A stretch of 49,177 nt of DNA, taken from positions 1 through 49,177 of the forward strand of contig JBEKDF010000021.1 in NCBI GenBank assembly GCA_050014495.1, given 5' to 3'. This document shows positions 39,053-48,001 of the stretch, piece after piece. The stretch comes from Candidatus Bathyarchaeia archaeon. Lineage in GTDB: Archaea > Thermoproteota > Bathyarchaeia > TCS64. Position numbers and translations under genes: made by a program. How positions within the stretch are numbered: position 1 is the stretch's first letter; every line of letters begins with the position of its first letter. Below the pieces are notes generated by a model. It did not search any database. It was not told where the DNA came from and saw only the letters and a program-made list of their open reading frames with translations.

Positions 39053-39928
39053 ATGCCAACACACATACTTGATGATATCATGGCTAATGTGAAAACGGTG
39101 CAAAGCCTATGCTTCTCCCCAACCGACACAACACGAAACATCCTATCAATCATTGAAACGAACATAGGCCTACCCCAAGCCACTAAAATCGACGTGACAC
39201 TCCCTCATCAAAGAGATTCCTTTAATGGAAAAGTCCAGGGAGACCTCCTCCTAGTAGGGTCACCGGTATATGAGGGATCAATACCATGGCCCATGATGGA
39301 GCCACTTAGACGAATTGAGGGAGAGGGTAAATACGCGGTATCTGTTGCTGTCTACGGTAACCGCTCCCCTGAAACCTGTGTGGAGGAGATGACTAAACTT
39401 CTGAGGAAGAGGGGATTCAAGATACCGGCGGCCGCATCTTTCATAGCCGAACACTCTTTCGCGAGGGAGAGAGTCCGGTGGGGCTTTGGAAGGCCGGATC
39501 AACATGAACTGGAGATCGCGGCGAGGTTCGGTGAACAGATCAGGAGGAAGATATCCTCGGATCCATCGGAGATCCAGATCTCGGGGCTTCTGAATAACCA
39601 CTTCAGCAATGAGAAGGTTGAGAGCTTACCCGATGGCTATCATAAGAAGGTTTTAGGTAATGTGAGGGGGCTCATGCGGGTTGAGTTCTCGAAGGAGGTG
39701 GAATGCACGGATTGTGGGAGATGTGCTGATGTTTGTCCGACTGGTGCTGTGAAGGTGGATTCTCGGGAGGTTGATGATGGGTTGTGTATACGGTGTACTG
39801 CTTGTATTCGTGCTTGTTCGGGGGGTGTTCTAGGGGCTCAGGTTGATGATACCCCGGGTTCTCGTGAGAGGCTTGAGAGGATTGATAAATTATTCACTGT
39901 CCGCAGGGAACCCATTATCTATATCTGA
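39053..39928 (+). CDS. Flavodoxin-like plus 2x[4Fe-4S] ferredoxin fusion (EFR1-like)
   Basis: FSPTDTT, GSPVY, VYGNR, AASFIAEHS; CxxCxxCxxxCP and CxxCxxCxxxC. Confidence 0.85.
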   Translation: MPTHILDDIMANVKTVQSLCFSPTDTTRNILSIIETNIGLPQATKIDVTLPHQRDSFNGKVQGDLLLVGSPVYEGSIPWPMMEPLRRIEGEGKYAVSVAVYGNRSPETCVEEMTKLLRKRGFKIPAAASFIAEHSFARERVRWGFGRPDQHELEIAARFGEQIRRKISSDPSEIQISGLLNNHFSNEKVESLPDGYHKKVLGNVRGLMRVEFSKEVECTDCGRCADVCPTGAVKVDSREVDDGLCIRCTACIRACSGGVLGAQVDDTPGSRERLERIDKLFTVRREPIIYI

Positions 39929-40224
39929 TAAGCGAAATGTGTGCGAGCTACGTTTACGCGCGCGATTTCGTATCGGAAATTGTGGAATACCCCCACAGCT
40001 GCGGAGTACGTTGAGTATCTCTACGGTGTGGTTCCCGAGATTTGGAGGCAGCAGCACCCGGGGTACGAGAAGATGACCTTATCTCAATTGTCTTATCCTC
40101 AGCTCTACCTGATATTCAACGATTCATGAATAGTTCTAAGCATGATCCCCTCGTACGGTGACTCAATTAATTACAGTAAGTGTTATACATACTGATGATT
40201 AGTTTCTGTTTCAGGTGAACAAAC

Positions 40225-40638
40225 TTGAAGGATGGCGCTAAGTTCCTGGTAGCATACGACGGCTCCGAGTACTCGAATAGGGCGTTGAGCGAGGCAGCGG
40301 ATCTCGCCAAGAAGTTCAACGGATCAGTCACTCTGCTCCACGTCTCCTGGGATGATCAGGTGAAGAAGCTTGAGGGAACCGAGATTCGTGATCAGCCGAC
40401 GATGCAGCTGCTGGCAGATGCTGAGAAGAGCCTCAAGGCCTTGAATGTCAAGTATGATGTGAGGAGTGAGAGGAGTAATGATCCGCCGTACGTTATCTTG
40501 AAGACGGCTAAGGATGAGGGCTTTGACTGCATCGCTATGGGTAGTAGGGGGAGGGGTGGGGCGAAGGCTTGGATACTTGGCTCTGTGTCGAGTAGGGTCG
40601 TCGCTGAGTCGTCGTGCCCAGTGATCGTGGTAAAGTAA
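40225..40638 (+). CDS. Universal stress protein
   Basis: LVAYDGSEYS, MGSRGRG....LGSVS..V...CPVIVVK. Confidence 0.92.
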   Translation: MKDGAKFLVAYDGSEYSNRALSEAADLAKKFNGSVTLLHVSWDDQVKKLEGTEIRDQPTMQLLADAEKSLKALNVKYDVRSERSNDPPYVILKTAKDEGFDCIAMGSRGRGGAKAWILGSVSSRVVAESSCPVIVVK

Positions 40639-40654
40639 CTTATTTTCCCACATG

Positions 40655-40671
40655 GCCTTATCCTCACTTCC
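40655..40671 (+). repeat. Dispersed intergenic repeat GCCTTATCCTCACTTCC; identical copy at 48845-48861, related reverse copy at 35361-35380
   Basis: Direct sequence comparison. Confidence 0.75.
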
Positions 40672-40754
40672 ACTTGACTGTGCGCGAACGCGATTAGGGC
40701 AGCTGGTAACACTTTTAATAACCCCAACTTGATACTCGACCAAGGAATACCACT

Positions 40755-41534
40755 TTGCTATACTACACAGAGTCGGGCCCCTCCGACGCCCCCATGATCC
40801 TCTTCCTCCCCGGCGGCGGTATGAGTGGTTGGACATGGCTCCCACAAGTCACGAGACTCCTAGACTACCACTGCATAGTACCCGACCTACCAGGACATGG
40901 AGGGAGCCACGCTGACGGCCCCATAAAAATAGGCACAGCAGCCGAGGAGGTAGCCGAACTCATCAGAAGTAGGGTCACCTCAGGCCGAGTTCACGTCGTC
41001 GGCCTCTCCATGGGGGGCCAGACGGCCTTACAGCTCCTGAGCACACACCCGGAACTTGTAGACCGAACAATCGTAAGCGGAACCAACGTATCGCCAAACA
41101 ACGGTATACGGCTCCTATCCCCCTTTCTGAAGCTCTTGATGATCCTCTACAGTCCACTCCAGAATACAGATTACATGATCCGCGCCAACATGAGGCAAAT
41201 CAAAGTCCCGCCTGAATACGAGGCTGATTTCAGGAATGATACCAGGCTCATGACACCCGACTTCTATACTCAGGTAGTCGTTGAAAGTATGACCTACTCG
41301 TTGCCTTCTGTTGCCGATGCTTCTAGGCTACTCGTAGCTTGCGGTGAGAATGAGCCAGAGTTGATCAAAAAGTCTGCTCGTATGATACGTGGAAAATATC
41401 CTAGAGTACCCTGCTTTGTCGCCCCAGGTACAGGCCACAACTGGGGCATGGAGAAGCCTGATCTCTTCGCTGACATGATCCGGTCGTGGATTGAGCGGAC
41501 ACCCTTGCCGGGAGAGCTACTTCAACTACCCTGA
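40755..41534 (+). CDS. Alpha/beta hydrolase
   Basis: PDLPGHG, GLSMGG nucleophile elbow, GH near the C-terminus. Confidence 0.88.
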   Translation: MLYYTESGPSDAPMILFLPGGGMSGWTWLPQVTRLLDYHCIVPDLPGHGGSHADGPIKIGTAAEEVAELIRSRVTSGRVHVVGLSMGGQTALQLLSTHPELVDRTIVSGTNVSPNNGIRLLSPFLKLLMILYSPLQNTDYMIRANMRQIKVPPEYEADFRNDTRLMTPDFYTQVVVESMTYSLPSVADASRLLVACGENEPELIKKSARMIRGKYPRVPCFVAPGTGHNWGMEKPDLFADMIRSWIERTPLPGELLQLP

Positions 41535-41598
41535 ACATCGGAGAAGAAACCCAGAGTCATATTCTCACTTTCACCTGAATATAATGCATGCGCTAAGA

Positions 41599-43338
41599 TT
41601 AGAGGTTGACGAAGAAGATCGTGGAGTTAGGCGTCCAACCCCCATATAGTCTCCTGTATATCTCAACGTTCTCCCCGATGCCCGAGACGGATGCCAAATC
41701 GATCCATAACCAGCTGACCTCCTGCCCATACTTCTCGGGAGCGAAGTGTCCGAAAGAGTAAGATAGGTAATTATCCAGCTGTTGAACCATAATCTGCTTC
41801 GTCTTCATCTCCTGCATTAGAGTCGATCTGGTCGAGGGTTCCCCAAGCTTTCCTTTAATGACGTCAATCTCAGACTCGACCTCCGTCTTCACATTAATCA
41901 ACTCCGTGTAAGTCTCATCAATAACTTTCCTGATGAGGGCATGTGCCTGCGCGATACTCTCAACATTGTTAGCCTTTTTTGCTTCCACCCACTTCGCTAT
42001 GGCCTCGAATAACTCCCTTCGAGATAGGGTATTGAAACCATTCGCCTCAACACTTTTACCCGCAACCTCATTCCAAGGGGTGTTATAGAAGACTCTGGCA
42101 TAGCGAGTGTACATCGGAAACGGTATTTCGAGCCTCGAAACCCCGGGGATAACCTCTGCGTAGTAACCTGTCTCCCCCGGTCCACCAACATGTGAAACAA
42201 CGGGGATAACGGAGTCAACGACCACCTGACGTGAGTCGACTCTTGGAGTTATTATTTTTGCAATCTCCTCAATGTCCGGCTTATCCGCTGAGAATGAGTA
42301 ACTGTATTCCTGTTCGCATCTCTGGCACTTACCCCCCACGCTAGCGGTGGAGCCTGATCCAGCCCTGTACTTTAACTCAATCCTGCTCCCATGGCAGCTC
42401 GGTGTCTGGCACTCAAGGAAAAAAGGCACATAGTCGTCGGACCTTTTCCCTATCTGTGCTCTATAACCAAGTCTCTCGATGAGGTCGACGGCATCATTAG
42501 ATGCATGAACGAAGTTACTACGGTTTGGTTCAGATAGAAGTATCTCGTATCCGTGCTTAAAGGAACCCCTGATAGTCGGATCTGTAGCTGATAACATCGG
42601 AACCCCTAAGTTTGCTTCGAGGTTTACAATTGTACCTAAAATCTTCGTTGAAAAGTCAGCTACGTTATTCGTCGAATAGTAGGCTCCCTTGAGGATTGTG
42701 AAGATGTGGGAAAGGTTTTGAATTACCTTTTCTTGCTTCGCTGGCTCCACACCCTTGAGAAGGCCACGGTAGTTGCTTTCTATCTTTTCGAGTGTTTTTC
42801 TGAGCCACTCTTCATCCGGGTTAGGTAATCGGCGTATCGGTGCCCCATCGTACCCCGGCGGAGATGGGTAGGTGATTAACATTCCTTTCGCTGAGGGGCT
42901 CGGTATTCGGATGTTAAGTAGCTCCGCTTGGACACTGTCATAGTCCCCGACGTAGTAAAGTGGAACATATTTTCCTTCCAGACCAGCAAGGATCGAAACA
43001 TAGGTTATCTTATTAAAGATGAAGCTGGGTCCTCCAAGGCAGTTAGGTTGTTGTCCTGTTTCGACCGAACCTCTATCTAGTGAGTCGATATGCTTCGAGA
43101 CTTTAGAGGTGAGAATACCCAACTCCCTCATCTGGTTTTTGATAGCCTTCTTCAGTCCCTCAAGCTCATCTGGCATTACACCATAATTCGCTCTTATATG
43201 TCCAAAATACCCATGGCACTCTGCCATATTATAGGGAATCTTACCCCAGAGACGTGTAGCATATTCGCCACTAGGTTCTTTTTCCGTGTACTTTTGATAC
43301 AATATTTGTACTGGGGGAATAACACTCATTCTATTCAC
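41599..43338 (-). CDS. bshC: Bacillithiol biosynthesis BshC-like protein (putative cysteine-adding enzyme)
   Basis: TGQQP...GGP.F...K, YYVGDYD, VGGPGE..Y motifs, C-terminal coiled coil; GTGA overlap with the upstream PIG-L gene. Confidence 0.8.
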   Translation of the reverse strand: MNRMSVIPPVQILYQKYTEKEPSGEYATRLWGKIPYNMAECHGYFGHIRANYGVMPDELEGLKKAIKNQMRELGILTSKVSKHIDSLDRGSVETGQQPNCLGGPSFIFNKITYVSILAGLEGKYVPLYYVGDYDSVQAELLNIRIPSPSAKGMLITYPSPPGYDGAPIRRLPNPDEEWLRKTLEKIESNYRGLLKGVEPAKQEKVIQNLSHIFTILKGAYYSTNNVADFSTKILGTIVNLEANLGVPMLSATDPTIRGSFKHGYEILLSEPNRSNFVHASNDAVDLIERLGYRAQIGKRSDDYVPFFLECQTPSCHGSRIELKYRAGSGSTASVGGKCQRCEQEYSYSFSADKPDIEEIAKIITPRVDSRQVVVDSVIPVVSHVGGPGETGYYAEVIPGVSRLEIPFPMYTRYARVFYNTPWNEVAGKSVEANGFNTLSRRELFEAIAKWVEAKKANNVESIAQAHALIRKVIDETYTELINVKTEVESEIDVIKGKLGEPSTRSTLMQEMKTKQIMVQQLDNYLSYSFGHFAPEKYGQEVSWLWIDLASVSGIGENVEIYRRLYGGWTPNSTIFFVNL

Positions 43339-43988
43339 CTTAGTAGATTCTTAGTTGTCTTCACTTCGTAGAATGGCCCATTTTTTTTCAGCGACTCTTC
43401 CTCGAAGGCTTCTGCGTAGACGCAGTTCGCCTGGGTTCCTCTAAATTTAGCCTTTTGATCGTTAAATCTTTGATAATATCCCCATGGGAACTTTGCCAAC
43501 TGGGAATTGTAAGCCTCCACCGCGGCTTTCTTCCTTACCATCGTTTCGGAGACGTCGACTAAGATTTTGGGGTCGGGGATCAATGTGTTTACCTCCATGA
43601 GTAGTAAACGTTCTACGAGGCAGGGTTTCTCATATGTGGTCGTATGAGCTGCCCACTCAATCGCCTCTTTTACGACATTGTAGGTCGTTCTATGGTCGGC
43701 GTGGTAGTCGAACGGAAGGTGAGTTATGACTATGTTTGGCTTCGCTATCACAATAACGTCAGCAACCTTCTTGACTAATTCACCTGAATGGACTAAGTTG
43801 CTCTCCATGAAGACTATTGGCTCCATAAGCCCAAGTGATTTACATGCATTCTCGAGCTCCTCTCTGCGGTCCCTTGGGTTACATGTTAGACACAAAACCC
43901 TCGACGCCTCTGCATGCAGCGCAAGAGTTCCGCCACAACCGAATGTCTCATCATCGGGGTGGGAGACAATAGCAAGAATTACGCCCAT
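43335..43988 (-). CDS. bshB: PIG-L/LmbE family deacetylase, BshB-like
   Basis: HPDDE..GCGGTL, R.EE..A...LG, HADH, K..A...Y.SQ, YAEAF; coupled to bshC. Start set at ATG 43988 (track start is 44066). Confidence 0.75.
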   Translation of the reverse strand: MGVILAIVSHPDDETFGCGGTLALHAEASRVLCLTCNPRDRREELENACKSLGLMEPIVFMESNLVHSGELVKKVADVIVIAKPNIVITHLPFDYHADHRTTYNVVKEAIEWAAHTTTYEKPCLVERLLLMEVNTLIPDPKILVDVSETMVRKKAAVEAYNSQLAKFPWGYYQRFNDQKAKFRGTQANCVYAEAFEEESLKKNGPFYEVKTTKNLLR

Positions 43989-44166
43989 AGAGTTCAAACG
44001 AGTAGGGATAACAAGGAATAAAAGGGGTTCCCCGAAGACATCTATTACTTTTTTGTACATATCCAAATTATTAGATTATGTGCACACTGAAGATGCATTA
44101 GATATTAAGCGCGCGTACCTACATCACGAAAATAATTTCTCTAAGAACTAACAGATACAAGTCAAC

Positions 44167-45051
44167 TTGGCTTCAATGGTACCGGTCGCTACATCAAGCG
44201 GAGTTACAATTTACTGCCCCATCGATGGGAGATATGCCTTTTACAATAGCCCGTATCCAGCACATCACCTGATGAGTGGTATTGACATATATCCTAACCC
44301 GATAATCAATGAACCAATGCCATCTCCAATCGATGGCAAGGTACTTCTTGTAAGATATGTAAAAGCGCCATCCGGGCACGGCTTTGAGGCGCCCAAATTC
44401 GATGTTGTAACAATAATTAAGAGCATTATAGACCCAAAAAGTGTCATCAAGATTCTTCATGTCGAAACAAAGGCTAAGGAAGGAGAATCTGTCGCCTTAG
44501 GGGAGGCTCTAGGTCCTCTCATTCGCTCTGGGTACTTTGGATATCAGACGCCGCTTCACGCTCACGTTGAGGTTAGACCTGTAGGAGACCCATTACGAGT
44601 TCGGGGAGGATATCCTATCGATAGCCTATTTTATTTAAATGATCTCGATTTGACCGAAGAAATTACAGGAGTTGTGACCTCCTCTCGATTGGGATACGCA
44701 CTGATCAAGTTGAATCTAACGACCCCAGGGGTTGTTGCCGATATAGGTGGTATACCAGGAATACTTGATGGCGGGATGCCAATTTATGGTTGGTTCGGTG
44801 CACATCTGAAGAACCCAAAAAAGAATACACCTGTCAAATTGCTCGGAAAAAAAATAGGAAACGTGACTGACATACGACCTAGGACCTGCGTCGCTGATTG
44901 CACTGACTTCGAGTTGATGATCGAGTCCACGCACGTCGATGCATTCTTCATATTTCTCCCCGGCGGAGAACCCACCCTTGCAATAACATCTAGAAAACTT
45001 GGCGAACTCGACCTCGATGTGAACTCTGAGGTCTCCCTGATGGTAAGGTAA
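44167..45051 (+). CDS. Hypothetical protein with peptidase M23/LytM-like fold
   Basis: NSPYPAH...GIDIY, SPIDGKV, LHV, HAHVEVR. Confidence 0.55.
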   Translation: MASMVPVATSSGVTIYCPIDGRYAFYNSPYPAHHLMSGIDIYPNPIINEPMPSPIDGKVLLVRYVKAPSGHGFEAPKFDVVTIIKSIIDPKSVIKILHVETKAKEGESVALGEALGPLIRSGYFGYQTPLHAHVEVRPVGDPLRVRGGYPIDSLFYLNDLDLTEEITGVVTSSRLGYALIKLNLTTPGVVADIGGIPGILDGGMPIYGWFGAHLKNPKKNTPVKLLGKKIGNVTDIRPRTCVADCTDFELMIESTHVDAFFIFLPGGEPTLAITSRKLGELDLDVNSEVSLMVR

Positions 45052-45107
45052 GCCGCCACGCCCAATAGATATAAGGGGAAGGGCGCAACCTAAACAGACG
45101 AATCCAG

Positions 45108-45473
45108 ATGTCTGACATTAGTCAGTTCCCCCCGAACGTTCAGGAGAGAATCGCACGTCTCCAACAATTACAAAACACAATGCAGCAACTTCAGGCTCAG
45201 AAGCAAAGGCTCGATGCTGAGAAATCTGAGACCGAAAGGGCGCTGACGACCCTTAACGAGACACCCGAAGGCGTCAAAGTATACAAGTCTGTTGGCGCAG
45301 TGCTAGTAGAGAAAGATAAGGCAACAGTCGTCAAGGAACTCGCTGAGCGGAAGGATTTTCTCGAAATGAGAGAAAAAGTTCTAGAGAAGCAGGAAGAAAA
45401 GGCTAAAGAGAAACTCCAGGGTTTACAGGAGACACTGCAGAGGGAGCTTGGCCTCCCACAGAAGCAGGATTAA
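45108..45473 (+). CDS. pfdB: Prefoldin beta subunit
   Basis: PP.VQ..I..LQQLQ, VYKSVGAVLV hairpin between coiled coils. Confidence 0.93.
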   Translation: MSDISQFPPNVQERIARLQQLQNTMQQLQAQKQRLDAEKSETERALTTLNETPEGVKVYKSVGAVLVEKDKATVVKELAERKDFLEMREKVLEKQEEKAKEKLQGLQETLQRELGLPQKQD

Positions 45474-45771
45474 CTTTAATTAATCTACTGAACTCTGTTT
45501 GCCTCTTTTCGATCTTCTGAGTTTTCTCACTCCTCGGAGTTTGAAGAAGCCAAATCCAAGTTTAAACAATTTATTCATCATCCCCAACCGTATTAATGGA
45601 GTAAGTATAATCGATACTCGCGTACTGTCATTTCTAAAATATAGCTAGATTTTATATAGCCTATTAAGTGCGAGCATGGTTATTTTTCAGTTATTGCTTG
45701 AAGTGGATTTAAAATGAATCTTCCTCATCCAAGAAGTCGATTATGTAGAGGTTAATCCGCTTTAATACATC

Positions 45772-46791
45772 GTGTGTAAAGTGTTTCCAGGGATGTTAGA
45801 GGCCGTGGAACTTAACCAGCTCAAAAACTATCTCAAAGGCAAAGTCTCTATTTTATGTCATCATAACGCAGATCCCGATGCTATTGGTGCAGCGTATTCG
45901 ATCGATCGACTGATCCACACTCTCGATCAACAAGCAGTGACAGAGATCCTCTACCCTGATAGCGCAAGCTCGTTAGCTAATCGAATGATAAGCCACTTTG
46001 GAATTGAAACTTCGACACATTCGAAAATCATGGATGCAAACACGATAATAGTCGTTGACACAGGGAGCCTGATCCAGTTAGGAGTGCTCCAAACTATGCT
46101 GAAGACTGACGCCACAAGGGTCTTCATAGATCACCACAACAGAGACGATGAAATTTCACGGATTGCTAAAATTTATCTAGTAGACGATTCAACAGTCGCC
46201 ACTTGCGAGATCATTTACCAAATATGGCTCTCATTCGGACTTATTCCGCCAAAAGATGTAGCAGAAACACTGTTGTTGGGAATATCATTTGACTCGAAAC
46301 ATTTTGCAATAGGTAATCCCGGAACATTCAGGATTATTGCGGAGCTACTAGAATTAGGCGCAACACTTAGTGGAACTCAGGAAATTCTTCAAGGTGTGAT
46401 GGATGTCTCTGAGAGACTGGCTCGCCTCAAGGCCGCACAAAGATTGACAATATACCGTATAGATCCATGGATCATTGCGACATCGAGTCTGGGCTCTTTC
46501 CAACCCTCTGCCGCTAGAGGTATACTAAACCTAGGGGCGGACGTCGCTATCATTGCAGGGAATAATAAAGAAAAATTAAAAGCAAGCCTTCGATCAACTG
46601 AGGAGTTCTACAAGATCTCCGGAGTTCATCTTGGCCAGGATATTACAAAGCCACTTTCTGAGCATTACAAAGGAGCGGGAGGAGGTCATCCGACTGCCGC
46701 TGGGATAAATGGCCTCGGCGAGGCGAAGCAGTTCCTAACAGAGGCGGCTGAAATTATTAAAGCGAAACTGAGTCAACCAAAAAAGGTGTAA
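45772..46791 (+). CDS. DHH/DHHA1 family phosphoesterase
   Basis: HHNADPDA, VVDT, IDHH, GGGHPTAAG; true start may be ATG 45793. Confidence 0.9.
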   Translation: MCKVFPGMLEAVELNQLKNYLKGKVSILCHHNADPDAIGAAYSIDRLIHTLDQQAVTEILYPDSASSLANRMISHFGIETSTHSKIMDANTIIVVDTGSLIQLGVLQTMLKTDATRVFIDHHNRDDEISRIAKIYLVDDSTVATCEIIYQIWLSFGLIPPKDVAETLLLGISFDSKHFAIGNPGTFRIIAELLELGATLSGTQEILQGVMDVSERLARLKAAQRLTIYRIDPWIIATSSLGSFQPSAARGILNLGADVAIIAGNNKEKLKASLRSTEEFYKISGVHLGQDITKPLSEHYKGAGGGHPTAAGINGLGEAKQFLTEAAEIIKAKLSQPKKV

Positions 46792-47015
46792 TCCTCTAGG
46801 GACGCCTCCCAATGCGCGCGAGCATTATATTCAGCAGCTTCTCAACTTGGCACTGACTCAATGTGACCATTACACTCAACGTTGGAACCCCGAGGCTTCA
46901 CGATTCTTCACGCCTCATAAAGCCTCGGCACACCAGAATAGGAGGCGGTTGAGTGAATATTGGCTCAATAATCTTATCTACACTTCAAGCTAACTAATTC
47001 AATCGTGATAATTCT

Positions 47016-47990
47016 TTGAACGATTGGATGAAGGAATCTAGAAACCCAAAACACAGACCAACACTCAAAGACTTCCGTGAAGCCGCATCTAGAATAGAGG
47101 GTATCTCACTACACACACCCCTACTACCATTAAGATGGTACAAGGAAGAGGACACACAGATACTCCTCAAACCCGAGATGCTACAATCCGTAGGCAGCTA
47201 CAAGATCAGAGGAGTCTACAACTGGGCAGCACAGATACCAGCAAAAGAGAGGAGAAAGGGGCTTTCAACACTCAGCGCGGGAAACATGTCGCAGGCGCTG
47301 GGATACGTGGCAAACATGTTCGGAGTCCCAGCTAGGGCAATAATGCCTGACTACGCACCCAAGTCAAAGATAGAGGCAAGCAGAAAATACGGGATAGAGG
47401 TCCAGTTGATGCCACTGGATGGGCTAATCCGATACGTCAATAATCCTCCCAGCGACTACTGCTTCCTTCACCCACTAGCCGACTTCGGATTACTGGATGG
47501 GCATGGAACCATCGGGGTTGAGGTGATGGAGGATGCCCCTGAGACGGATACCATCTATGTTCCCTTGGGGATGGGCTTCCTATCTTCTGGTGTTGCTCTC
47601 GCGGCTAAGGCGTTGAAACCCTCCGTCCGCGTCATCGGGGTTAACGCTGAGTACTCGCCGCACTTCTACGAGAGTCTTAGACAGGGCAGGGTAGTTACGA
47701 TTTAGCATAGAGATACTATCGCTGATGCAATCAACGACTCGGTTTCCGAAGACACGTTGAGGCTGGTGAGGGAGACGCTGGATGATGTGGTGCTCGTTTC
47801 TGATGAGGAGATTGAGAAGGCTATCCGTTTTCTTGCACTTGAGAATAAGTTAGTTGCTGAGGGTGCTGGTGCGATTGGTTTGGCAGCGGCTCTGGCTACT
47901 CCGAAGGAGAATCGTGGCAAGAGTGTGTGCGTTCTCTCGGGTGGAAGCATTGACGGTGAGAGGCTTGCACACATCCTTGTTACTGCGTAG
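47016..47990 (+). pseudogene. Threonine/serine dehydratase-like PLP enzyme interrupted by in-frame TAG (47703-47705)
   Basis: TPL, LKPEMLQ..GSYKIRG, SAGN; after the TAG the same frame continues HRDTIAD...VSDEEI...EGAGA...SGGSID. Confidence 0.8.
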
Positions 47991-48001
47991 ATAGGTGATG
48001 T

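Noticed and set aside
39843..40129. Short ORFs 39843-40076 and 39941-40129
   Set aside because: No motifs or RBS, and they span a (CG)n intergenic tract; possibly gene debris but unsupported
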